The notes: generated by a model not told the origin, from the letters alone. A DNA stretch of 64,000 bases from Eledone cirrhosa (GCA_964016885.1 OZ024742.1:52142001-52206000); one strand, 5' to 3'; numbered from the stretch's first letter, positions 40,877 through 54,688 are shown. Translations and numbers: made by a program.

Positions 40877-41796
40877 CTAGTCTACCCCCGGGTCATTATG
40901 GGGTTTGAGGGCGAGGTAAGACCTACGCAATCTATGTTTACATGCAGTAACCAGTTCATCTTTCTTGTTTAGGAGTTGGTCCGTCGAAAACAGCATTTGT
41001 AAAGTTTCCTCCGAGCATAAATTGCACGGACGGCGTCCTCCCGTGTAAGAGTTGGCTCTGGACAATAATCTCCAAGTGAGATCATAGGTGATGTTGTTGT
41101 CCTTGAGGTCCCATATGTGGCCCGAAAGTGTAGTGGCGTGACGCCGGGCCGGGTTTCGGAAGGTATGTCTATGTTGGTATAGCCGGGTCTTGAAGTCACA
41201 TGCGGTTAGTCCTATATAAGCTTTGTTGGAGGTGTGCGTCCTCACGTTGCACTGGTAGATCACATTACGGTCTCTGCATCTGTTGTCGAGGGGGCAAATA
41301 GATCTATCAGGACAGTTGCACCTCCTGGTCGGTTCTCCACTGCTATTTAGGTTATTTCTTCCATCAGGGTTGAGTTTTGTGCTGTTAGAGGAGACGATGT
41401 TTTGTGCGAAGTTTGGTGTAGTGCTGTAAGAGAGTTTGATGGTATTTTTGTTAATTATGTTGTGGTAGCGGTGTTGTAGTGGGAAGTGTTTTTCAATGAA
41501 CCTAAAGAATAGTTTCCCGATGGGAGTTGTCACCTCTGCGTTGTGGGGAGGATTGAACCATGTTACATTGCGTGAGCGGCGGTGTCGCCTGCTGGTTCCG
41601 CTAATGGGAACTGTACCGTAGGATATTTCCTCCCGGAAACCACTCCGCTTGAGGGCCTGGTTGTAATCATGCGCATGTTCATCGAATATCCGCTCATTAG
41701 CTGACAAACGGGATATGCGGAGGGAGATGTTTTTGACCAGGTTGTTGGTGATGTTCCTAGGATGGTTTGATCGGCGGTGGATGTAATGCAGGTTGT
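40877..41796 (-). CDS. PLE C-terminal thumb, linker and GIY-YIG endonuclease (open frame, no 5' end)
   Basis: HYIHRRSNHP..ISRLSANERIF..WFNPP..IKLSYS..CNCPDRSICPLDNRC..VIYQC..YIGLTACDFKTRLYQH..CNLCSEE. Confidence 0.9.
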
Positions 41797-42470
41797 CATT
41801 AGTATATTTTTTTCGGGACTCAGAATTATTATCTCGTACTAGTTTATTTTTCTGCACTGGGTGGTTTCTGGCCTTGTGCCCGGGGTAGAAACCTTTATTA
41901 ATTATTTCGTGGTAGTTTCTTTAGTATTTTGGCCCCCATTGTTGACCCGTCACCGTATGATATACGTACTTATACCTCTTAAAAGGGTCCTTTCCTATTT
42001 CGTCCCACCTAGTTTATTTACTTATTTTTTTATTTCTTTATTTCTTTATTTCTTTATTTCTTTATTTCTTTATTTCTTTATTTCTTTATTTCTTTCTTTC
42101 TTTATTTATTTATTTATCTAGCCTAGCAATAGCTAGAGACTTAGGTCGTAGAAATTGCTTATATTTTTTTCTTTACCTTTATTCGCTTTTTATCACTCTC
42201 AGTATTTTTTTTTTCATATATATATATTTTTAGCCTCATTGTTCTACTTACTGTTCAACATCCTCCCCCTCCCCCTCCCTAGTATCTTCTTTGACCTCAT
42301 GCCCAGCTGTAGCTGGCACTACCAACGCATGATTGGGTCTACTCCACCCCGTCCCCTTTTTCTGCCACTGGCATGTTTAGCCACCCTCTCCCCTATTAAT
42401 TTGCCATCACAGAATTACTTCTAACTTGTGACCAATCCTTGTGACAATCACTTTGACCATATATGGAATT

Positions 42471-42564
42471 ACCCCTTGAGAAGCTCGGCTATTTATATAC
42501 CAGGATAAATTTTCATTTAGCCCAGAATTAGCCGTCGAAAGGGCTTGAGCTCAGCCGTCGGGGT
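42471..42564 (+). ncRNA. U3-A8 variant hammerhead motif (inverted arm; one stem III mismatch)
   Basis: acccc-TTGAGAA-...-GAAA-gggcttgagctcagccg-TC-ggggt. Confidence 0.65.
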
Positions 42565-42574
42565 CTTACTGGTT

Positions 42575-42644
<70 letters not shown>

Positions 42645-43469
42645 TGCATATGTGTGTGCGTGTGGAGTAGATTGTAACAGCATCCCTCTGTCATTTTAGA
42701 TACATTATAAAACAAAAAACGTAAATGTTTGAAAAAGACTGGAAACTGACAAAGGTTAGGAGTATAATATTTAGCCTCATAGAAATACCATAAGTTAATT
42801 AATGATAAGCTTATATCTAATAACATCTTAGAACCGTTGTTTTTTTTTTGTAAATATAACGTGATAGATATACGGATATTGTGCTGAATTTATTAAGGCA
42901 GGAGATGATATTAATTATCTTCACCGCTACTTTTGATTTTCATTTTTTTCTTACATTTTACGCCAATGATTGTGGTAAATATCTCTATCAATTTCAGGTC
43001 TTCGTACACTTGTTAGATTGATACAGTTAATGTTATGATTAAACATACATAGGAGAGAATTGCTAGAGAATCATTGTTCCGAGTGTTTAGTGGGATATTT
43101 TATGACTGAAGTATGTAGGCACGTCGAAATTAGGAGAAGTTGTTTAATAGGATGCTTTGCTACTTATTACTTTAAAGGATTACAGCATTTTATAATTTTG
43201 GAAGAGGACAAATATACAAGTGTAATGTGCACAAATGGGTGCAATTTCCGGGTTATTAATGGTGTGGAAACCAATTTCATGTATTAAATAATTTTCTGGT
43301 TTCTGGATCTGTATGTATGGGCTCAAACCTCCCGAAGGCATCATACAGGTATCATAATTACATACAACGATCTTAGTCATTTTCAAACAGGCGTACTCAT
43401 CCTCTTTTCAGCTGATGTCTTCCAGAGAGAGAGATAGTGCGTGTGTGGAAGTGATAAAGAAACCTTAAT

Positions 43470-43610
43470 ATTAGAATGGTACTTTTTTATCGGTGTTCAA
43501 ATTATGAGAGGCAAAGTTTACCACCGTGGGATTTGAAATTAAAGGGTAGAGTGACAGAATGAATACCACAAAGCATTCTATCCGATATTTTAACGTTTCT
43601 GCCAATTTTT
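43470..43610 (-). mobile_element. Old SINE copy
   Basis: tggtactttttt atcg..ggcaaagtt..ggatttgaa..ctgccaatt. Confidence 0.6.
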
Positions 43611-44689
43611 CGATTCTAGGTTCTTGTTAATCCATACCAATTATGTTAAATGTATTGTATTAAAGTTGAGATTTATAATAAGCTAGGGATAGTAATATCG
43701 CTTAAATTCTCTTGAATGAATTGCAGATAAACCATATTCATTTTCTGAAAAGTGGATTGCAATCAATTTTGGGTGATAGGTTTATATAATGTGAAATATC
43801 TTCTATATAATAGGTTGGATAATACTTGAAAGTAAAGCAATGATGGTGAGTTAATGGAAGTTGTTGCTTAACTCTCAATCAGAATAGATAGAACTAAAGC
43901 TTGATCAAATGGCTATTTCTCTAGCCGAAAATATTTATTGGGCGAGGGGGGGTTCGAGCTTTATATTATCCAAGTCATTCATTGTTTACGACAGTTAGGT
44001 TTGATTTAAGGGAGTTTGGACTACTATGTATGGCATCAATGTAAATACCTGAAAATATATTTATTTCTGTCTGCTATTTAGGATTTTCTTTATCTAGTTT
44101 GTGTCAATGAACCAGCAAATATATAATAGATAGCAGAGCAAAATAGAAAATGCAGAAAGCTTTAAATGAATGCATCATCTTTATATAGAATTCATGTTCG
44201 TATAAACACTGCATCTGTTCATGTATTTTCAACATTTCAATTATTCTTATCTGGGATAATATGACAACCAGCTATAATAAGGAAGTCAGTATAAGCAGGA
44301 TGAAAGTATTAATGAGCCACATTGCAGTATATTCACATCGGAAAAAGATAGCGGTGTAACAACCAAAAAGCTTTCATTTGGATACACACAGTTTCTAATA
44401 CACACTTGAGAAATCCCTTTCATCAAGAAACATTCCCATGTTCGCCTTCATTTAATTATTCTTTTCTTATGTCAATGGCTTCTAATTTCAATTGACATTT
44501 TATATCGCCATTTGTAGTACTGAGCGAATTGTAATTGATTGGATGATTATATAAGCATAATTAAATAACGATATAATAAAACTTGGAATGGAATCTAAGT
44601 TATGTTAAGAAATCGTGTAGGATCTTTGTAACAGACGATCATGAGAGGGCGATGTGAAATACAGTTCTATTAACAAGTCGTGTAAATAC

Positions 44690-46015
44690 ATTTTGCTGTT
44701 TATTTCCAGGCGACTAATCCAATCTACATTAGCATTATATGTCTTCTCATCACTCCAAATCTTACTCCAGAATTTTCAACCTCTTCTATGGTCTTCAATA
44801 ATTTTTTTTTCTTCCCTACTTCTCTATCAAATGACTTGGTATTGGATGAGAACAACTTATTTTGCCTGTAAAATTTGTTTCGTTTCTCGAATCTACGAAT
44901 TCGTTGGGCTTTTACTTGGACTTTTTGTTTCAGAGATTCTTTTGTTGAAACAATTGCTTCTCTAGAAGACAATCCATATTTTCTCTTTAGCTTTCTTACC
45001 TTCTTGGATCTTATATCATTTCCAGCGGTTAACTCACTCAATAAAGATATTTCTCCTCTCATTGCGTCAATCTCCTTTTCGATTCTACTCCTCCAAATTG
45101 GTTTACCTCGAGGGTTCGACTTTTTTATTGTTCTTTTGGTGGTAAACAATTTGTATCAATTACTCTAGCAGATGTATATATGATTTCATTTAACTCAGTA
45201 AGATCAGGTTCTAGTTCTTCTATGATTTCTTTTGTCACAGAATTACCAATCATTATTTGTTTTCTATTTTGGATTGTATTTGGGAGTTTTTGAAGTGGTT
45301 CTCGATCATTTATACTAGAATGTCTTACTATTGCAAGCTCATTCAGTATTTTTTGCTTTAATTCCTTCATAGTCTCCATGTGTTCTTCAGCAGATGTTTG
45401 GTTTTCATTTACTGTTCCTAAGTCCCTCTCTGGCTATTTTCAGCGAGTTCAATAGGGCTTCTCCTTTCTACAAACCTATTTGTGATTTGGTCAGATGGAG
45501 GTCTTTCAGTAAAGACTTGTGACTAGTTACTATCTCCAGGAGATTCTTCAGTTCTTTTATCATTTATATTTATGTCATTCTCCACAGCCAGCTTGATTGC
45601 AGTTAGTTCAGTGTCTGTGAGTCTATTATTTCTGAAGATATACCTCCTTACATTTGCCAACTTATTTCCATCCATATCACGTCTGCTAGCTTGATTCCTA
45701 GTATTCCAGATTTTGTAAGAGATTAAAATGTGTCTGTCTTGTGATGGCTTACCTAATGCATAGTAATATGCATATATTACTTCTCTATACTCTTCTCTGG
45801 TCCATTTCATCCTTTTAGGTTTTTCTTTTTGAGGTGGTTTGGGTGGTGGATCTGGAGGGCTCGAGTTGGGGCAATCCCCGATCAAGTAACCACCCAGGTC
45901 CATAATTGGAAAAGAGTTTGTGCCAGAGGAGGACTTTTCGATCTCAGGTTGGCACCTTCCTGAGGGACGCGCTTCCTGATTAACCACAGGAAAAGCGATT
46001 TGGTATTGTGTATTA
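44690..46015 (-). mobile_element. R4/Dong-like LINE, 5' portion (element A)
   Basis: KRMKWTREEYREVIYAYY..KLANVRRYI..LTDTEL N-terminal domain, then PIWRSRIEKEI..KQKVQVKAQRIRRFEKRNKFYRQNKLF. Confidence 0.85.
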
Positions 46016-46059
46016 ATTGTTATTTGTTCATCTTATTATTATTATTATTGTTATTTTTA

Positions 46060-47150
46060 TTTTCTTTCATTATTGTTTCTGAGATATATGCCGAGTGTTT
46101 TCCTGACACCTAGGGCAAATAAATTCACACTGTGCATTGGTAAGCCAGTTAATACGGCACGTTAATTATAATTTAAAAAATAAACAGTATACATATATAC
46201 ATATGTGCATATGCATATGTAAATACAAAGGAGGGATATCAATCTTACAGAGATAGTGCTCTTCTCATTACGTGTAAAGTACCAGTCAAAACAATGTTTT
46301 GCACCTCGTGCAGAGAGGGTAAACCAGGAATCATTCGCAAATATTGTTCTATTACTTTCTTGAACATTCCCAGTCCTCACACAATTACTGGTATTGTAAC
46401 GGCCTTGAGGTGCCACATTTTCTCAATTTCAATAAGCAGATATTTATATTTTCGTAGCTTGTCAAATTATTTTGCCGCGATATTGTGATCACATGGGATG
46501 CTCATATCTATCAACAAACAGACCTTGTTATGTTGATCTTTAATAATGATGTCAGGTTTATTTGCTTTTATAGTCATGTCAGTATGTACAGGAAAGTCCC
46601 AGAGAATTGTTACTTTTTCTCCTTCAGTTACAGCCTCAGGGTGATGATTGTACCACTTGACTTCAGCTTTGATTTTGTAATGCCGACATATTACCCAGTG
46701 TAGATATTGGCCAACTCTGCCATGTCTAAGTGATCCACTGTTTCAACCTCAGAATTGCAGAATCGGCAGTTTGGGTTTATTCCGTTTTTCATCACATTGC
46801 CCTGGTAATTACGAGTCAATAAGCTTTGATCTTGGGCAGCTAAGGTGAAGCCTTCACTCTCCGCCTTTAGCCCTGAACTACGTAGCAACTGATGGGTGTG
46901 CTTTTGGTCAACATCAGCTTGTTTGCTACGGCCACATATTTGCCATGCAGAGGGTTCTGCTCCCAATTTGATGCTAATTTTCCTTACGCTTTTGATCTTG
47001 CCAGTGATTTTATGTGCCTAGCAGCATCAGTTGCAGCAGTTTCTTTAGTCTGTGCAGCCTGGGTGTTAAACATGAGATCAGTAGAATATTGTTTTACTCT
47101 CCTTCGAGATAGAATAAAGCTTTTTACATCTCTCGTGCTTTTCAACAAGT
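46060..47150 (-). mobile_element. R4/Dong-like LINE, 3' fragment (element B)
   Basis: GLKAESEGFTLAAQDQSL..CRFC..ETVDH, KANKPDIIIKD..CLLID, LIEIEKMWHLK..IPVIV; 3'UTR ends in TAA repeats. Confidence 0.85.
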
Positions 47151-47194
47151 TTCAGCATACAGTCGATATTATTATTATTATTATTGTTATTACT

Positions 47195-49648
47195 CTTTGA
47201 GTCTCAGTCATTGATATTAGTTAACTGGAAAGTATGTTGAAATGAATATCAAGCCACTACCTGCAGCCTCAGATATTCAGGACGTATCGGAGGGTTCTTG
47301 CTATTCCCAGCAAGCATGCCTTTTGAAGCGTTCCAAAAAGCGTGAAGGGGCCAATTTTCTTTAACCATCCCTGGAAACTTTTTGAGATAGTCCCTAGTGC
47401 GCCTATGACAATCGGGATCACTTTGACTTCATGGCAGTTCCAAATTCTTTTTACCTCCCACTTTAAGTCCTGGTATCGCTTAATTTCTCCCTCTCCTTCT
47501 CTTGCACTCTCGTGTCGAATGGGCAGGACACATCCACAATCAGACACGATCTTTTTTCTTTGTCCAAAACCACCAGGTCAGGTCTATTGTGTTCCAGTTT
47601 CTTGTCCGTCTGTATCCTAAAATCTCACAGCACATTCACCTGATCGTTGTCTATCACCGCCTCTGGATTATGCTCATACCACTTCTCAGAATGTGGTAAA
47701 TTGTTTACTTTGCATAGGTGCCAGTGGATCACGCTGCCCATCACATCATGTCTCCAGCCCTTATAGTGAGTCTGGGCTAGGTGTTTACACTCGGATACAA
47801 TGTGAGCCACAGTCTCCTCTCTCTCTCTCTCCACAGATCCTGCACAGTGGGCTAGCCTCCTCCTTGTAAATGTGGTGTTTCAACCACTTCGTTTTGAGGG
47901 CCTGCTCCTGCGCAGCCATTAACATTCCTTCTGTAGCGTTTTTAAGGTATCCTCTTTTCAACCAGTTCCATGTCTGTGGATCTCTAAATTCAGTTCTCTC
48001 AAAGAAGGTAATATGAAGGGATTTTTCCTGAAGGCTGCTCTTTCTCCTTGAAGTTATTTCCTCCTTGGATATCCCCTAGCCTATTGTCCCCTCCCTCAGT
48101 ACAGTTCTGAGCATTAGCTCCTTACTATCAGGCACGTATTTGTGTAGGTTGTTTTTCTCCATCTGAACACAGTCCTCTATGCTGATAAGACCTCTTCCAC
48201 CCTCAGATCTCCTTAGGTAGAGTCTATCGACATCACTCCTCTTGTGGAACATGTTGTAGATAGTCAATAGCTTCCTAGTCTTCCTATCCATTTCTTTTTG
48301 TTCAGCAACATTCCATCTCAGAATTCCCGCAGTGTACCTAATAAAAGACACAGCTCGGGAATTTACTGCACTTATGGCATTCCTACTGTTCAGATGTGAC
48401 TTTAATACGCTCCTTACTCTCCGAAGGTATTCAGTTCTTATCAATTCCTTCATTTTTTTTGTTCTTGATGTCATCAGCCTCCAGAACGCCCAAATACTTG
48501 TATCCTTCCTCAGTGTCAATTTCCTTTATCATCTCACCTGTTGGTATCTGGATTGCTTTACTTCTGCTCAACTTACCCCTCGTCATCACAATGACTCCAC
48601 ACTTACTAATACCAAATTGCATACATATATCATTGCTGAAAATACGGACAGTGTCAACAAGCACATCCAACTCCTTCTCACTCTTCCCGAAGAGCTTAAG
48701 ATCGTCCATGAAGAGGAGGTGATTGATGGTAAGCCCTCCCTTTCCCAACCTGTATCCTGCTCTCACTTTTCGCAGTACACTGGTCAGGGGCATCGGGGCA
48801 AGGACAACAACAGAGGGGACAGACTATCTCCCTGGAAGATACATCTCTTGATCTTCACGCTTCCCAAGGATTCTCCAGTTGATGTTAACTCTGTTTCCCA
48901 GGACTTCATACTTTTGCCCAACAACTGTCTGATGTTATCTGCCACATTGAATATCTCAAGGCTTTTGGTGATCCAAGAATGAGGGACCATGTCAAATGCC
49001 TTTTTGTAGTCTATCCATCCCATGGCAAGACCAGTGTGTCTCCTCTTGCAATTCCTCATTACCATCTTATCAATAAGTAACTGGTCCTTTGTGCCACGTG
49101 ACTTCTTTCGGCATCCTTTCTGTTCGTCCGGTAACAAGTTGTTTGTGTGGAGGTGATGGTAGATTTCCTCAGACATAATGCTTGTCAACAGTTTCCACAT
49201 TACGGACAGACATGTGATAGGTCTATAGTTGGTAACATCATTACCCTTGATTCGGTCTTTCATTATCAGAACTGTGGTACCTTTTGTCAACCACTCTGGT
49301 ACCTCACCTGACATCAAGCAGTCATTGAACATGGTTGTCAGTTTCGGGTGGAGGGATGTTATGTTTTTAATCCAATACCCCTGCACACCATCTGGGCCAG
49401 GTCATTTCTAGTTGGTTAGTTTTTTGGCCTGCCCCTTAAGAGTTTCAACTGTGATACTCAAATCAGTTTGTTGGTGTGCCTGTTCACTAATCTCCTTCTG
49501 TACTGTCTCAATCCACACTGCCTGGTCATTATGTTTAACATCCTGCTCCCATATTCCTCTCCAGAATGTTTTAGTTTGTTCCGCCTCAGGGATCAAGTCG
49601 TTGCCTCTTTCTTTCCCTTCAAGCTGTCCAAACAGCATCTTCTGGTTG

Positions 49649-49650
<2 letters not shown>
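47195..49650 (-). mobile_element. R4/Dong-like LINE, RT and restriction-like endonuclease (element C)
   Basis: NYRPITCL, EQKGC..GTKDQLLID, IDYKKAFD, IFQGDSLSP, LFMDDLKL, YKYLG, CCHC knuckle, RPD..KRYQDLKWE; several frameshifts. Confidence 0.92.
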
Positions 49651-49686
<36 letters not shown>

Positions 49687-49687
<1 letters not shown>

Positions 49688-52600
49688 AGTTGCATTTATC
49701 TTGCTTTATACGAGTTATCACCAAGTCACAACCAGTGACCTCAAGAGACAACAAGGTCCGCCATGTTCAAGAAAGAACATACATACTCACACATGCATCT
49801 TTAGTGTTTAGACTTGTGATGTACTTATATTGACAGAATCTTCATTATTATATGGGCAGTTCCCATTAGTACTATCTTTTGTATTTCTCCTATACGCGGG
49901 TTTCCTGGTATTTGCGATAAGTAATCATTAGACCCCTTAGGTATCATTCCCAGAGCGCCTACAACCACTGGTATTGTTTTAGTTCTCAATTTCCACATTT
50001 TTCCAATTTCTATCTCCAGGTCCTTATACTTGCTCAATTTTTCAAATGTTTTTATAGATACATTCTTGTCTATTGGAACAGACATATCAATTAGCAGGCA
50101 TACCCTCTTTTTAAAGTCCTTCAATCTTATATCAGGTCTGTTTGCATCTATTTTTCGGTCTGTTTGGATGCTAAAGTTCCACAAGATTGAGATGTGATCT
50201 TTTTCAAGTATGGGAGGTGGTTGATGCTCCCACCAATTCTTTTGATGGGGCAGGTCAAAATGCTTACACATTATCCAATGTATGTATTGTGCAGCTCTGT
50301 CATGCCTGTTTAGGTATTCGGTTGGAGTTATAGGACTGCACATTGAAATTATATGGTCAATGGTCTCTGGTTGTTTTTTGCATACACGGCATAATGGGCT
50401 GCATCCATTTTTTATTATGTTGGCTTGGTAATTTTTTGTTGGCAGACACTGATCTTGTGCTGATATAATCAGTCCTTCAGTCTCCGATTTCAGTCCAGAG
50501 GATGCCAACCACTGATGGGTTAAAGTTTTGTCAACATCACGATTGTTAGCTCGTTCTGGGTATTTTCCCTACAGAGGCTTTTCTTGCCATTTCTTAGCCA
50601 GTTTCTGTAGCAGTTCTTTCTTTGCAGTTACTTTTACCTGCTTTGCTTTTTCTGTGTTTTCCATTTCAGCAGTAAATGGGACTTCTGAAATTTGTAGTCC
50701 ATTACTATATCTTTGTGCATCTTTTGTAATGGAATATGATCTTTTGATGCTTTCGTGTTTCAAAACGAGTTTGATCATCCAATCATGTGATTCCGTTAGA
50801 TATGTAGATAATCCAATTGTTGCAGTTTTCAACGCAATGTCTAACTGGATTAACCCACGTCCTCCTTCTTTCCTAGGGAGATATATTCTATCTCTATCTG
50901 CCTTAGGGTGATGCATTCTGTGCATGGTTAAGAATTTTCGAATTTTTGTATCGAGCCTACGGATCTCTGTGCTTGACCAGTTGATGACATTGTAACTGTA
51001 GGTTACTACTGGTATGGCAAGCGTGTTTATGGCATCGATCCTATTCCTTGCATTCAATTCCGTTCTTAAGATTGCTCTTACTCTGCGGTAACATTCCTTC
51101 CTTATCCTTTCCATCATTGTCGAGTGCTTGATTCCGTCTCCTTCACAAACACCTAGATATTTGTAAGTTTTTTCTTGATCAAGTTCTCTTATCACGTTCC
51201 CCCGATCAAGATTAATGTCTGAACTCTTCAGCATCTTTCCTCTGGTGAACGTTGCTTTGGCGCATTTATCTAGTCCAAACTCCATTTTAATGTCATCACT
51301 GAACTGCTCCACAGTGGATAATAGCCCTTGCAATTGTTCGTCATTTTTTGCAAATAGTTTCAGGCCATCCATGTAGAACAAGTGATTAATGGTTTTGTCA
51401 TAGACTTTATATCCATGTTTTGTTTCATTGAGCATTTTACTTAATGGTATAAATGTGATGCAGAATAAAAGCGGTGATAAAGAGTCACCCTGAAAAATTC
51501 CACAATTAATATTAACTTCTCCAGCTTCCAGTGATTTTGTTTCACTATTCAAAAGGAGTGTCGTTTTCCATGTCTCCATACTGAATGACAAAAACCTCCT
51601 GACAACGGGGGATATTTTGAAAATCTCTAAACATTTTTCAATCCAACTGTGTGGCAAACTATCGAATGCTTTTTTATAATCTATCCAAGCAATCGATAGA
51701 TTTTTGTGTCTATTATGACAATCTTCCAGTATCATTTTGTTAACCAGAAGCTGATACTTACAGTCATATGAGCCTCGTTTACACCCTTTCTGCTCAATGG
51801 GAAATAGGTCATTTGTTATCAGGTGGTCATATGTGTATTCAGTTAGGACTGATGTTAACATTTTATACATTGTGGTCAAGCAAGTTATCGGTCTGTAATT
51901 TTTGGGATTGTTTGTCTCATCATTCTTCGGAAGCAGGAATGTAATGCCGTTAACTAGCCATGATGGTATCTTTTCTGGCTCCTTAACTATTTCATTGTAA
52001 AGTTGGGCTAACAGCTCATGAGACTCTGTGAAGGCATTTATCCAAAAGTTTTGTATTTTGTCTTTTCCTGTGGATTTCCATTTGCTGGTTTTTCTTAGAG
52101 CCAAGCGCAACTGTTCAACTGTTATATTTTCCCATATTTGTTCCTCAAGGTGAGCTGTATCTTTCATTTGTCTGTCTATCCATGGGGCATGTATGTTATG
52201 AACTTTTTCTTCGGCCCAGATCTTTTCCCAGAATTCTTGCACTTCCTCCTTGGGTGGTATTGATTTACCAGTTATTGTTGACTTACCAATTTTTATGTAG
52301 AAGTTTCTTTGGTTGTTTTTGAACATATTATTGTCCTTATAGAATCTAGATCGTTTTTCAAAGCGCCTTATACGAGCAGCTTTGGCCGACACTTTTTGCT
52401 TGGTTATTTCTATCAGCATGTCTATGTCACATGTTGATTTTATACTGTACTTTTATTTCAATTTTCTAAGTTTAGTTTGTTTAACATGTTCACCTACTTT
52501 ATAGTTTGTTAAAATTTCTATGTCAGATCGGAGAAGGTTATTTGGCGATTGATGTTCTCTTGCCAAGTAGATTTCTTGTGGGAATTCCTTTGTTTTTTCA

Positions 52601-53040
52601 TCTTCACTCCACATAAGTGAGTGGTGACTTTAGCCGATGCATAATAGAGAGCATTTAAATCAGTAATGTTTAGTTTGTTTGTGATGATAATGTTTTTGAG
52701 AATTATGTTAGTCTTGTGTATTATCTTTTGGTTCTGTTTGGAGTTCTGGATCTTAGGGAGGGTGTCTCGTTGCCCCATGTTAGATTCTTTCATTTTCATC
52801 CATTCGATCATAATTTCATCCTTCAAGTTGGCAAGTTCATTCTCATTCATTTCTTTATCATTTACGATTTCATTATTTTCATTTGGAGTTTCATCTTGAG
52901 CATGCACTCCCTCCACTTTTTCGATCCTTTTTTTAATTTGTTCTGTTGCCAGTGATTCCGCCCCAACCCTGGGATTCGAAGTGTTACAATTTACCTCGTT
53001 TTCACTGACACATGTTTCATTTTGTTACAATTTACCTCGT
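49687..53040 (-). mobile_element. R4/Dong-like LINE, 5'-truncated (element D)
   Basis: ORFs 52518-52916, 50569-52419 (RT) and 49825-50508 (CCHC and REL: ANRPDI..LIDMSVP..EKLSKYKDL). Confidence 0.93.
50569..52419 (-). CDS. R4/Dong reverse transcriptase segment (YMDD mutated to YMDG)
   Basis: 616-aa ORF with all RT motifs; the catalytic motif reads FYMDGLKL. Confidence 0.88.
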   Translation of the reverse strand: MLIEITKQKVSAKAARIRRFEKRSRFYKDNNMFKNNQRNFYIKIGKSTITGKSIPPKEEVQEFWEKIWAEEKVHNIHAPWIDRQMKDTAHLEEQIWENITVEQLRLALRKTSKWKSTGKDKIQNFWINAFTESHELLAQLYNEIVKEPEKIPSWLVNGITFLLPKNDETNNPKNYRPITCLTTMYKMLTSVLTEYTYDHLITNDLFPIEQKGCKRGSYDCKYQLLVNKMILEDCHNRHKNLSIAWIDYKKAFDSLPHSWIEKCLEIFKISPVVRRFLSFSMETWKTTLLLNSETKSLEAGEVNINCGIFQGDSLSPLLFCITFIPLSKMLNETKHGYKVYDKTINHLFYMDGLKLFAKNDEQLQGLLSTVEQFSDDIKMEFGLDKCAKATFTRGKMLKSSDINLDRGNVIRELDQEKTYKYLGVCEGDGIKHSTMMERIRKECYRRVRAILRTELNARNRIDAINTLAIPVVTYSYNVINWSSTEIRRLDTKIRKFLTMHRMHHPKADRDRIYLPRKEGGRGLIQLDIALKTATIGLSTYLTESHDWMIKLVLKHESIKRSYSITKDAQRYSNGLQISEVPFTAEMENTEKAKQVKVTAKKELLQKLAKKWQEKPL

Positions 53041-53084
53041 TTTTATTATTATTATTATTATTATTATTCACACACTTATTTCGT

Positions 53085-53352
53085 AGAAGGTCATGGGTAC
53101 AGAGTCCTAAATTACTCCTTCCAGCGGGTCATTTCAGAGGCAACCATCTCCAACAGATTCAGGTGGATCCACAAGTGAGACCAGTCAACCTCATGGATGT
53201 TATCCAACCATCTTGATTGGGGTCTACCTCTGGGCCTCTGGCCGGTTGGCTTTGCCCGTAACATTTCTGCAACGACTCTTTCCTGAAACATTGTAACCAC
53301 ATCCCAATAGTATTGGAGCTGTCATCGCTCAATTTGGAGAAATAGTGGCTCC
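53085..53352 (-). mobile_element. RTE-clade LINE 3' fragment (same type as 7000-7360)
   Basis: QIER*QLQYYWDVVTMFQERV..RAKPTGQRPRGRPQSRWLD. Confidence 0.78.
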
Positions 53353-53482
53353 CAGAATTATTTCTCAGGAAAATTCAAGACAATGTCGTTATAGGTTTAT
53401 GTAATCAAAATGGAAAACTTCAGCAGACTAAAACAACAAGGATGAAAAATTTTAAACACAACTCTTGAATTACTATTTAATT

Positions 53483-53629
53483 AATTGTTTCTACGTTTGG
53501 CACAAGGCCAGCAATTGCCCAGTGCATTACTGGTAATTTATTTTATCTACCCCGTAAGGTTGAAAGGCAAAGTTAACCTTGGCGGGATTTGAACTGAGAC
53601 CGTAAAGGGACGTAACTATGGTGGAAAGC

Positions 53630-53630
<1 letters not shown>
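53483..53630 (-). mobile_element. SINE, 5'-truncated
   Basis: Consensus match. Confidence 0.88.
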
Positions 53631-53675
<45 letters not shown>

Positions 53676-54688
53676 ATGTGGGATATATATATATATATTT
53701 AATTAATATTACTTTGTATGATATTTTGTTATAAAGGGTTGACACAGAACTTAACCTGCATTACCTGACGATAGATGTGATGGAGAATTATGAGTGTGTA
53801 ATATCACTAGTGATAGAATACATGCTATTCTAGAAAGAAACATGGGATATTCTATTACTTATATATATATATATATATTAGAATTGTTTGCTGAGATTAA
53901 AGTAAGTGAGTTTGTCACTACTCTAAAACAATAGCATACGGTCTTCAAAATGCTTTTAATTAAGCATAAAGTGTATTGCAAAATACATTATATATACATT
54001 CATATATATATATATATAAACGTTAGTGTATGTTTGAACATGGGTATGTGTCATCATATGCGTGTGTGCGTGAATGTGTGTAACTATGATATTTCTATCT
54101 TTGTATCTCCATATATAGAAACATACGTACTTACTCCTACAGGTTTCTTGTAAGCACAAAGCAAAAGACAATTCCTTACTTGTTTTTTGAGTATCAAGTA
54201 TTCAATTCTTGTACATATATTTACGAGTGCGTGCGTGTCCATATATATATATATATATATATATGTGTCTGTGTGTGTGTGTGAGGTTTTATGCATCCAT
54301 ATTTCGATATTTATCTGACTATGTATGAATATGTATAAATATGTATCTCCACTTGTGTGTGGAAGAGAGACAGAAAGAATACACGCTCTTGTTCATGAAT
54401 CTGTGCGTGTGAAAAAGATTCTTTCCTGCAATTCTGCCAGTTTTAAATAGAAATAAAACTCTTTCTTATGATATTCATCTATTTTCGTTTTATTTGATGT
54501 TTTCTACGTATAAAATATACTATTTCGTAGATATAATATAATTACAAACTACTTTGTTATGTAGAGTTTTTATCTCCCTCTTGCCCATAGGATATATCTT
54601 TTTTTTCTGTTCATTTCTCTATGAAAACCTCCATTACAAACATACAAACACATATATACACCCAGATATAATATTATCTATATATCCA

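Larger units (their letters stand above)
39519..42578 (-). mobile_element. 5'-truncated PLE with inverted arms (~39600-40371 vs 41797-42578) in (TA)n
   Basis: Thumb/GIY-YIG ORF flanked by a near-identical ~780-bp inverted repeat. Confidence 0.92.

Noticed and set aside
41797-41857. N-terminus MQKNKLVRDNNSESRKKYTN of the 326-aa ORF
   Set aside because: It comes from the inverted UTR arm and begins at GTG, so it is a chance in-frame fusion at the junction.
52948-53043. tRNA-like B box (minus strand ttcgaatccc) and 21-bp duplication at the Dong 5' junction
   Set aside because: Too short to fold as a tRNA; probably junction filler sequence.
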